Shown: piece by piece, positions 11,120-20,000 of the stretch | Layout of the letters: each line of letters opens with the position of its first letter | How positions within the stretch are numbered: position 1 is the first letter of the stretch | Assembly: GCF_004010195.1 (NCBI RefSeq) | Contig: NC_057718.1 | Coordinates: forward strand, 46,653,748 to 46,673,747 | Source of the DNA: Chiloscyllium plagiosum | Taxonomy: Eukaryota | DNA: 20,000 bases | Direction: 5' to 3' | Made by a program: the position numbers and the translations under genes | The notes under the pieces: generated by a model | Told to the model about the DNA's origin: nothing | The model's database searches: none | Seen by the model: only the letters and a program-made list of their open reading frames with translations

Positions 11120-12515
11120 ATGTGAATCTACATAGCACTTTTTGATTTGAAAATATCACAAAACAGATTAATTTAACAAAAATGAGCACTAACCATAGTT
11201 ATGAGAAGATCCTAGTTAAACAGTTAGAATTCATTTTGAAGAGCAGAAGGATTTGAGGAAAACTCAGCAGAAGGTAGACCCTAAGCAACTAAAGACATGA
11301 TTGCCAAGAAGTGGAACAAGGGGAAGGGGGGATGGACATCAGGTCAGGGTCAGTGTAGCAGAATGTTTGGGGTGGGGGCATTGTAGGCAGAGATAGGATG
11401 GAGCAGGCCATGAGATGATTTAAGTATGATAATTTCAAATTTCATATGATAGGCCAGAAATCAGTGTAAATCAGCAAATATGTGGATGATAATTGAACAA
11501 GAAAATGTGAGAGAGCGTATAGACACCAGAGTTTTAAATTATATTTACGATTCATGGAGGATTGTGGCAGGAGAACCAGGAGAGCAGTTGTGCCTGGAGG
11601 TGACAAAAGTAAAGATGGGATTTTCTATAGCAGGTAGGCTGAGATGAAGCTGAAGAAAAGCAGTGTTTCAGAGGTGATGGTGGGGTGAGCGATATGAGAG
11701 TGGAGGTGAGAATACATTACAAAACATAATAGTTTGATTTTTCTTTCATGGTTTATGAACTTTACTGGCTAGGTTATCACCTACTGCCCATAAACCGCTG
11801 CAGTTCATTTGCTTTGCAGCGTTGCCCTTTTTGCTGGGGAGGAAGTGGAATTGGTGACAAAGATAGGAGTTTATGCGAGCGGCTGTGACAACAACTTTGG
11901 TGGTTCCATTCCTTAACTAGGGCTTGATATCAGACAAACAGTTTGTGCACAAGTAGTCTTCAGAACCAGGAGAAAAGTAGGGAAATGGACCTGACTGTCA
12001 TCAGTGTTGAAATGGAAGTTAGCCCCATGCCAATGAATGGTGTTGGTAAGAGCAACATGTAGGTGAAGAAGTGGGAAGTAGCCATGGTTGAATCCTTGGA
12101 GGACTCCAGGCATAACAGGGCTAAGGATGGGGGAATATCTTGCTGGTGATGCCTTGACTGTGATCAGATTTAAGAAGAATGGAGCCGAATAAAAACAATA
12201 TCATTAACCGTGGTATTGGAAAAGCACAGCCTTCCGGCAGCATCCGAGGAGGAGAGTCCACGTTTCAAGCATAAGCTCATTCCTGATGAAGAGCTTATGC
12301 TCAAAACGTCAAGTCTCCTGCTCCCTGGATGCTGCCTGACTGCTGTGCTTTTCCAGCACCACACCTTTTGACTCTGATCTCTAGCATCTGCAGTCCTCAC
12401 TTTCTCCCAGTATCATTCAGCTCTGATATTGGGGAAGTTTTGGTTTAGAGTAATGTGGTTAATTCAAAACTTAGAAGGAGCAAGAGGAGGGATAATGCAC
12501 AACAGTTATAATCAT
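11120..12515 (-). mobile_element. Decayed L2-clade LINE (3' tail, ORF2 C-terminus, RT core), interrupted by younger insertions; probably continues to ~13180
   Basis: The reverse-complement L2 tail lies near 11120-11142 (GAATCTACATAGCACTTTT). ORF 11913..12113(-) has GVLQG and FHFNTDDSQVH, degenerate forms of the RT motifs GVPQG and YADDTQLY. Confidence 0.75.
12206..12407. mobile_element. Short palindromic Penelope-like (pLTR-derived) insertion with degenerate hammerhead core
   Basis: Inverted arms 12210-12278 and 12291-12362. Core CTGATGA-A-GAGC ttat GCTC-AAAA-CGTC. Flanked by CAATATCATT (12196-12205) and CAGTATCATT (12408-12417), a 9/10 TSD. Confidence 0.75.
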
Positions 12516-12516
12516 A

Positions 12517-12848
12517 GCAACACAGTGGTTCAGTGATTAGCATTGCTGCCTCACAGCGCTAGGGACCTGGATTCGATTCCAGTCTCGGGCGACTGTCTGT
12601 GTGGAGTTTGCATATTCTCCCTGGGTCTGAGTGGGTTTCCTCCGGGTGCTCCGGTTTCCTCCCACAATCTAAAGATGTGCAGGTTAGGTGAATTGGTCAT
12701 ACTAAATTGCCCATTGTGTTCAGGGATGTAGGTTAGGCACATTAGGATGATAGGGTAGGGGAATGGGTCTGGGTGGGTTACTCTTTGGAGGTTTGATGTG
12801 GACTTGTTGGGCTGTAGGGCCTGTTTCCACATTGTAGGGATTTTATGA
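12517..12848 (+). mobile_element. HE1-type (V-SINE) SINE, near full length
   Basis: tRNA-derived head (TGGTTCAGTGATTAGC; B-box-like GATTCGATTCC at 12570-12580), V-domain, and tail GGGCCTGTTTCCACATTGTAGGGATTTTATG. Aligns by eye with 1468-1696. Confidence 0.92.
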
Positions 12849-13186
12849 AGATGACATTTGTCAGTTTGATTAAGGCAATTGCAGTGCTTGTTCAAGGATG
12901 AAAATCTGATCAGTAAGATTAAACATATTGCGGGAAATTTCAAATGATGGACCAGAAATCAAGTAAATCAGCATTGGATGATAAGTGAACAAAACAATGT
13001 GAGAGAGCGTATAGTTTTAGTAAAAAGAACATGCTCAAAGGCAATGAGAGGAAAGGGAGCCTGAATATGTGGTGATATTTGACAATTTGCAAACAAGAAA
13101 ACAGGAATCAGGGCTGAGTCTATTGAGGGATAGGATATTAGCTGTTTTTAAAGGAAGGGCACTGCATCTGAAGAGAGGTTTCAAGT

Positions 13187-13496
13187 CGTGGTGGCTCCGT
13201 GGTTAGTACTGCTGCCTCACAGTGCCATGGATCCAGATCAGTGCCACCCTCGTGTGACTGTTTGTTTGTCTGCGTGGGTGCTCCGGTTTCCTCTCACAGT
13301 CCAAAGATGCGTAGGTTAGGTGGATTGACCATGCTAAATTGGTCTGTAGTGTCCAGGGATGAGCAGACTAGGTGGATTAGCCATGGGAAATGCAGGGTTA
13401 CAAGGATAGGATAGGGGCTGGGTCTCAATGGGATGCTGTTTGGAAATGTCAGGACTTGATGGTCTGAATGGCCTGCTTCCACACTTATGGATTCTA
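13187..13496 (+). mobile_element. HE1-type (V-SINE) SINE, older and internally deleted variant
   Basis: Head GGTGGCTCCGTGGTTAGTACTGCTGCCTCACAG, partial V-domain GGGTGCTCCGGTTTCCTCTCACAGTCCAAAGATG, tail GAATGGCCTGCTTCCACACT..GGATTCTA. Confidence 0.88.
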
Positions 13497-13850
13497 AGAT
13501 AACTGAGTGCATACGGTGAGAGTGGGCTTTTTCATGTCATTTTATAGTGGTAGCCTCCATTGTCACCTTTCTTTTCTCCTTGTTTAGTACCAATGGTTTA
13601 TGTTTGGAGAAAAGTAACTGCTGCAGCGGCAGTTACATGAGCTCTCATGCTACACAGACAATACTAGAGAAATTGAGTTTTAAAGAGACCCAAACGTCTC
13701 ACAATGGTGAGCTTAGTGGGAGCATGAGGGTGCTCAGAAAATAACTATTGAAAGGCACTGAGGGAAAGAATCTCAAAGGCGTTTAGTGGGCATGACAAAT
13801 AAGGATCAAAGTTCTGAGAATATTCATCTGCCAACAGAAGATACAAGCAT

Positions 13851-14633
13851 TGTCATTATTGTGGCCCAGTAGGCTAGCTTGCCATAGGAGTGCTGCTCCT
13901 TCCAAACTTCCACCAAATGTTAAAGGTTTTTAAGGTAAACACAGTACTCCAATTTACCTGATTTCTACTGCAAGGTTAACAGAAAGCATGGACCAAGTTT
14001 GTGTACCTAATAAGAACTAATTAAAATGTTAAATCTGTCACGCTCTCCCCCTCCTTTCCAAACACATACACACAAACATGAAGAAAACTATCAGTGAAGG
14101 TAGAGAAAATCTGGGAGGTCAATTCAGTAGTCATTGCTTCCTGATTGTGATGTTCAGATGATCCTCTGCAGCAAAACAGGCCTATGGTGTTCAGTTGTCC
14201 TTGGAAGCTTCCACTGATTTGTAAAAAGAACAGACTGACTGATTCACTTGGAAATGTCTTTGATTTATCAATTTAAGAGTCTTGTTTCACTGCAACTACT
14301 ACAGGAAAGGCTTTTCTTACTGCAGAAACAGGCAGCTTCAGAAACAGGCAGCTTCCACTGGGGAAAACAATGGCAAACCTTCTGTCTTTCATTCTCTATA
14401 TACATGTGCTTTAGTAACTTGTTTCCAGTTCCAACCTTCTCAGTTAGAACCAGTCAGCTTCAGTTGTAAACAACAACTTGGGCCCCTGATCGTCTGCACA
14501 TTGCAGAAACCCATGGCTGCAACAAGCAGTTTGTAATACATAGTGAATTTCTTACTGTGAAAATATGCAGCTATCCTGATAAATTCTTGTTTTTTTAAAT
14601 ATAGTTCTTTCTACTCGCAGTCCATATTTTACA
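13851..14633. mobile_element. Possible solo-LTR-like repeat
   Basis: About 780-bp non-coding block with TGT...ACA-type ends and composition similar to 3496-4318. No TSD confirmed. Confidence 0.3.
14323..14354 (+). repeat. Perfect 16-bp tandem duplication (CAGAAACAGGCAGCTT)x2
   Basis: Read directly from the sequence. Confidence 0.95.
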
Positions 14634-15672
14634 AAGGCACAGAAAAAGGTTCCTTATATCAGAATCATGGGAGGAGGTCTTTTATGTACCTGGGGAGGTG
14701 GCTGATGCCATTGCTGGCCTCAAAATTGAAGCACTGCTATGTCATTGCAGTGATTGATTGGAAACCCATCAGAGTTACAAGGCCCATTTCCTAAAAAAAT
14801 GCACAATCCTTCACTTCGGAAAAGAAACCTAGCTCTCAAGGAAGGGTGTGTTAAAAACTTGCAGCATTTAATTATCGTTAAAGTTACTGTAGTGATCCAA
14901 AAGATAACTAATACTTAAATATAATTTTAATCTAGCACCTTCTAATCTTTTTATAGAAAGCTGTTAATGATTGATTGTACATGGAAATCTCCAATCACTC
15001 CACTCCAATCACTAATTTAAACCTTGCATTTCCAATGGTTCTGTGAACACAAAATTCTACATTTTTAATTGTTGCAAAATTGCTAAACCAGTAGTCCCTG
15101 ATACCACTGAATTTTGAGGCATCCAAGTGCAGCATGGATGCTTCTCCCAGCCTCACAAAAAGAAGGTTTTCTCCGCCTTCTTAAGATTTAACTCTAGGCT
15201 GGACTTAGAATAAATCTAAGCTTCCCCTCCCTCTCTCCATCTATAACAGTTAAGCATTCAAATTAGCTTCGACCACAAAAATAATTCTGGCAGCTCACTT
15301 AAGCCATTAGACAATTTGTACACCAGCAAGATGGGCTGCATAATTAAAAGTGAGTCTCATTAACTCCCCAACAATAAAATGGCACTGAAATTTCAGAATA
15401 AGTTTTTCCATGTCTGCATTCTCCTTTTCTCGGATATCATGAAGCCATGGCTCTTGTCATCAATAAGGGAAGAAATGTTGGTGGACCTGCCATATTGCCA
15501 AAATCTCAACAAAAAATTTTCATGGGGGATTTTGTTTTTCAAATGTCCAATACAGTTTTGAAAATTGTATGATTTACATAATTCAGTTGCTGATTCTCTT
15601 GAGGTATTGTCTTTATCTGGAAATGTCCCTGGAAATCTAAAAGGCTGTAATTCTGTCTTATTATTTCTTTAG

Positions 15673-15815
15673 GAGGAGGTCCCCATGATGGTTCCTTGCA
15701 GCTTCTTGGAAAACTCGCTCTGCTTACTGAACAAGATCTATGGACTGTAAATAGATTGCCCAATGAAAACAGCTCATCTGATCACCTCCCTTTGTTAGCA
15801 AAATTTAAACTTTGA
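15673..15815 (+). CDS. ANGEL2: ANGEL2 terminal coding exon, (G)GGPHDGSLQLLGKLALLTEQDLWTVNRLPNENSSSDHLPLLAKFKL*
   Basis: Acceptor ttatttctttag|GA, phase matches the previous exon, catalytic SDHLPL motif, TGA stop at 15813-15815. Confidence 0.95.
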
Positions 15816-16582
15816 CATGATAAAAGCTGCCTGATGATTTCTTCCTTCTGCACCTATTCAGTATCTGATCCAAAATTATACATTGTGGGGTAAAGAAAAT
15901 TGTGTATCATTTTTCACTTTTGATAAATTTCTGTCTGAAAATTGGAAATAAGTCTATTTTTGATCTTTTATAAACACTTGTGTAATAATGCTGTACAAAC
16001 TTTACTGTTGTTGAGTACGATGAGAACAAGTGCAAAGGCGTAATTCACAATACTAGAGGAATGCCTGTCATTGTGCCAAAAAATAGGAAGAGTACATTAT
16101 TCAATTTATTCAATATTGTTAATGTTAAAATATTGCCAGAATCTTTTAGTGTTTGGCAAGAGCAAAGAAAGAGTTGCTTGGTTTGGCACTAGACAGTGAG
16201 CACAGTGAAGAGAAAATACCAAGGAGATGGGATTCAGCTGGCAAATGGGATGTAGGTCAAAACCTTTTACAGGTTGCAGTTGGAAGCAGGAACTTTGTGG
16301 AACCAGACACAAATTTGGATGATGGAATGGATAGGACAGTAAGTGGAACAGGGATAATGTGAATGAGACTGAGTAAGATGAATGGAGACTGAGTTGCCTT
16401 ACCATCTCATCATTCTGTATCATGAATCTCTTCTTTCATCACTGCCCCCACCCCCATTTAACTATCCCTTTCAAAAAATACTTTGGAAAAAATATTGTCA
16501 TCTATTAGCATAGAACCTGAAAGACTAAAGAAGTCTATGTACTTCTCTCCAATTAAGTCAATGATGAGAAGAATCATTTTCA

Positions 16583-16997
16583 GGTGTAACCTTAGCTGGG
16601 TAGTAGTATTTGAGGCAGTAGGTCAGATGATCATGGGGTTCAAGTCCCAGAGTGGAGATTCAAAGGATAATCTAAGCTGGCACTTCATTACCTGACTAAG
16701 AGAGTGCTACATATTTGGAAGTGCTATCTTTTGGAGGAGATACTAAAAAGAGGCCCTGTATGTTGTCGGTTAGGTGGATATATCCCACAGAACTGTTTGA
16801 AGATCAGTATCCATGTCGATAATTTATACTACATTTAACACAAGTCTGGTCCTGTGTGGAATTGATGCATAAAAATTGGCTACCATGTTTTGTACATTAA
16901 AACAATGGTTACACTGTTGTTTTATTTATGTTTTAATTGTATTTCAGAAACTGTAAAATGCTTTGTGACATGATGAAAGCACTATATAAATATGAGT
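16583..16997 (+). mobile_element. DeuSINE-superfamily SINE (SacSINE1-like), decayed, near full length
   Basis: tRNA-derived head with B box GGTTCAAGTCC (16637-16647). Deu-domain-like GTGCTATCTTTTGGAGGAGATACTAAAAAGAGGCCC...AGGTGGAT...ATCCCA and AAATTGGCTACCATGTTT. L2-type tail TGTAAAATGCTTTGTGAC...GAAAGCACTATATAAAT. Confidence 0.75.
16891..16935 (+). terminator. Candidate ANGEL2 polyadenylation site (TGTA, ATTAAA, CA, GU/U-rich)
   Basis: TGTA 16891-16894, ATTAAA 16896-16901, CA at 16912-16913, then TGTTGTTTTATTTATGTTTT. By eye there is no AATAAA or ATTAAA between the stop codon and this site. Confidence 0.45.
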
Positions 16998-17758
16998 TAC
17001 ATCATGTTTCTATATATTGAGAGATTATAATAGAGTCTCTGTTTATGCTTTGGATCTGGGAGTAAAACATGCAGGAGGCCAGTGCTGAATCATTCACTTT
17101 AGGGCACTCTCAGCTAATTTGGTGTATACCAGAATAGCTGACTTGAATCAGAGAATCAAAGTTTCAATTGAACTATTATCATAGTCCCAGCTCCCCTGGG
17201 CTGAAGACAGGAAAAAGCTGCTCATCGACACAGTGATGGGTCCATAGTAAAAGTGCAGCAGTACACATGTGCACCACTGCACTTATTGTTTTTCCAAGCT
17301 CTGGAACAAACATTATTTTCAGACTTGATTTTCTGAAGATAATAAGCGGGCCAAACATGTTTTTCTTATTAATAGTATTAAAATTACATCCCCTGATAAA
17401 GTTTACAATGGGTATTTGTAGGTATCTAGACCAGAGAACTGTACATGAACAGTTGACCATTTGAGCTTGAGATCAAAAGTGATTTTTATTTCATTATTAC
17501 AAACATAACTGAGATTAGGCAACCAAAATGTCTGCTTGTTTGCAAAAATTCTGGCTGCGTGATAATGATCATGAGTTAAAAACTCAGTCCTTCTTTCATT
17601 AATTCAGCTTTAATCACAAATTATTCTTTTGTACAAAAGATATTATTTTTCTTCACTATCCTTACTTCAAAAACATGCTAAGCATACATTTGAAATATTC
17701 CCATTTTCTTGCGATTTAGCTACCTTCCTAAATTTTTGAATTCTGTAAAATATTATTC

Positions 17759-19555
17759 ACGCTTCTGTGGCCATGAGAGAGACTCCAGGATGGGCTATTG
17801 CCTCCCAAGTGCCAAGGTCATGGATGTCTCTGAGGGAGTACAGGGCATCCTGAAACAGGAGGATAATCAGACAGAGGTCATTGTCCATATTGGCATAAAT
17901 GACATAGGTAGGAACAGTGGCAAGGTCCTGCAATGACAATTCAGGGAGCTAGGTCATTAACTAAAAAGCAGGCCTCTAAGGTAGTAACCTCCTCATGTGC
18001 TACTGTGGAAAGGAACAGAGATGAGTACAATTGAACATATGGCTAAAGAGCTGGTGTAGGGTGGACATCTTCAGATATGTAGATCATTGGGATGGTAGGA
18101 CCTGTATAAGAAGAACAGGTTGCATCTGAACTGGAGAGGCACCAATATCCTGGCAGGGTGGATTGATAATGCCACTCAGGATGGTTTAAACTAGTGTGGC
18201 AAGGGGTGGGAACTAGAGCAACAAGTCAGTAAGTATAGAGATTAGGGAAGAGCTTGAGACCAAAGCAAATATAGCTAAGAGGAAGAGCAGTCAGGAAGAG
18301 GCTGGAACTGGAGGCTTGGACTGTATTTGTTTCGATGCAAAAAGTATAACAGGTAAGATGGATGAACCTAGAACCTGATTTAATGCATGCAGTTATGATG
18401 TTGCTATCATAGCAACATAATTGAAAGAGAGACAGGATTGGCAGCTTAATGTTCTGGGATATTGATGTTTCAAGACAAGACAGAGGAGGAAGCAAAAGTG
18501 TTAGGGGAGTTACATTACTGGTTAGGAAGCATATCACAGCTACGTTGAGGGAGGACATCCTGAAGGGATCTTGCAGTGAGGCTTTATGGGTAGAGCTCAG
18601 GAGTAGGAAGGGTGCAATCAGAATTCTCGGATTGTACTACAGACCTCCCAGCTGTCAGCAGGAGATACTGGACGAATATGTAGTCAGATTCTGGAAAGAT
18701 GTGAAAATAACAGGGTTATTGAGGTGGTGCTTTTAACTTTCCTCATATTGACTGGGACCCCCTTAGCGTCAGGGATTTGGATGGGGAGCAATTTGTTATG
18801 TTTGTCCAGGAGGGATTTTTGAAATAGTATGTGATCAGGGGGCCTGATGTTGGGGACAAGATTGGCCAGGGGATCAATGTTTCAGTGGAGGAGCATTTTA
18901 GGAATAGTGACCATAATTCTGTAAGTCTTAGATATTTATGGACAAGGACAAGAATAGACAAGAACGTGTTAAGTTAGGGGAAGGCTAGCTATAACCAGAT
19001 TTGACAAGAATTGGAGAATGTGGATTGGAAGTGGCTGTTGGAGAGTAAATCCATATCTGATGTGGGAGTCTTTAAAAGACCAGTTAATTAGAATGCAGGA
19101 CAGGCATGTTCCTGTAAAAATGAAAGGCAGGAATGGCAGGATTTGGGAACCTTGGATAGCAAAGGAAATTTTCAGCTTTGTCAAAAATAAAATACAAGAT
19201 ATAGGCTATTAAAAACAGAAGAAATCCTTCAAGAGTATAGAAGAAGTAGGAATGAGCTCAGATGGGGAATTAGGAGGGCTGAAAGGGCCTATGAAATGTT
19301 CTTGGCCAGCAGGATAAAGAAGAATCTCAAGGCATTTTTTTATATATACACATAGGAGCAAGAGGATGGCTGGATAAAGAGTAGTCCCACTCAAGCATAA
19401 AGGAGGGAAGTTGTGTGTGGGGCTAGAGGAAATGGGTGAGATCCTCAGTGAGTACTTTACATTGGTATTTACCAAAAGGAGAGAGGTGTGAAGGATGTTG
19501 AGGTTAGGAAAGGTGTGTGAACACTCTTAGGAAGGCCAACATAATGAAGGAGGTG
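17759..19555 (+). mobile_element. Decayed CR1 LINE: ORF1 SGNH-esterase C-terminal half plus ORF2 endonuclease and linker
   Basis: ORF 17709..17936 gives RFCGHERDSRM..CLP.AKV.DV...VIVHIGINDIG (GxND), and RLHLN lies near 18117-18131. ORF 18449..18736 gives GVTLLVR, LWVELR and GLYYRPP (APE). ILSEYF..VFTK lies near 19441-19476. Many stops and frameshifts. Confidence 0.9.
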
Positions 19556-20000
19556 AGGACAGTGCAGGAGAGAGTGAGAGAACCTGCACAGTTACTGCCT
19601 TTGCTGTTTTTGAATTCATTTGTCGCTGGACATCGGAGTGCATCTTGGAAACAGTGAATTTCACAACTAATCTTGGAGGAACCGGTTTGGGCGAAGTTCA
19701 CAACACAGAATCAGATAAGTTAATTGTTGTTTTAAGTCTGTCCAAGAGAAAGGCTGCATTAGTGAATACAGTGGGTTTTTTCTGATTATATGTTTTTGGA
19801 GATAAGTCTCCTGATTAAACTTAAAATATAAACCACAGCTATTAATTTAACCTGGTGCAGTGTTTTGTAGAGGAATAAGACGGTGTTATTTTCTGGGTCT
19901 GTAGATTGTGAAGGAGCAAAAATGGCCTTTTCAGTGATATGTATTCTTGTCAGATATGGGAGTTTAAAGAGAGTTTAAGGGTTACTGTGGATTATATCTG
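19556..20000 (+). mobile_element. 5' UTR and ORF1 N-terminus (zinc finger) of a second CR1-type LINE, running off the window
   Basis: The first CR1's coding homology ends abruptly. After ATG at 19922 and allowing one frameshift, the translation is MAFSVIC.SCQIWEFKESLRVTVDYIC, resembling the CxxC...YxC finger at the start of CR1 ORF1. Confidence 0.6.

Noticed and set aside
15670..15678. Tandem TAG-GAG-GAG (NAGNAG-like) acceptors
   Set aside because: GAG acceptors are rarely used, and the effect would be only one or two Gly in a variable linker.
15813..15893. TGA-C readthrough or selenocysteine extension
   Set aside because: Not the TGA-CTAG motif, no SECIS seen, and the stop falls at the expected family C-terminus.
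16153..16362. 69-aa ORF downstream of the stop codon
   Set aside because: TTG start, no recognisable homology, and located in the probable 3' UTR, possibly an old LINE relic.
1..20000. CRISPR arrays, operons or prokaryotic defence systems; U12-type introns
   Set aside because: The sequence is a spliced vertebrate locus with no regularly spaced repeats. All donors are U2-type (gtaaga, gtactg, gtatga, gtaagt, gtaact).

Overview
Eukaryotic, AT-rich, repeat-rich vertebrate DNA, almost certainly a cartilaginous fish (three HE1/V-SINE-type copies plus shark-type CR1, L2 and DeuSINE relics). The + strand carries the last six coding exons of ANGEL2 (CCR4/nocturnin-family EEP-fold RNA 2',3'-cyclic phosphatase): 3225-3294, 4348-4766, 8942-9071, 9323-9389, 10113-10276 and 15673-15815. 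All introns are GT-AG, the phases join (993 nt, 330 codons plus TGA), and the catalytic motifs CLQEV, NTHL, GDFN, DYIFY and SDHLPL are intact. The 5' exons lie upstream of the window. Almost all other ORFs in the track are spurious or decayed LINE fragments. The most interesting features are: (i) two short palindromic intronic insertions with target-site duplications, one carrying a degenerate minimal hammerhead-ribozyme core of the Penelope-like-element type; (ii) a DeuSINE downstream of the stop codon that may supply the ANGEL2 poly(A) signal; (iii) a 16-bp tandem duplication across a splice acceptor in which only one copy keeps the AG; (iv) nested LINE/SINE insertions and a local ~80-bp duplication. 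I see no convincing evidence of a wholly new biological system. Repeat-family names come from recalled consensus features, not from a search.
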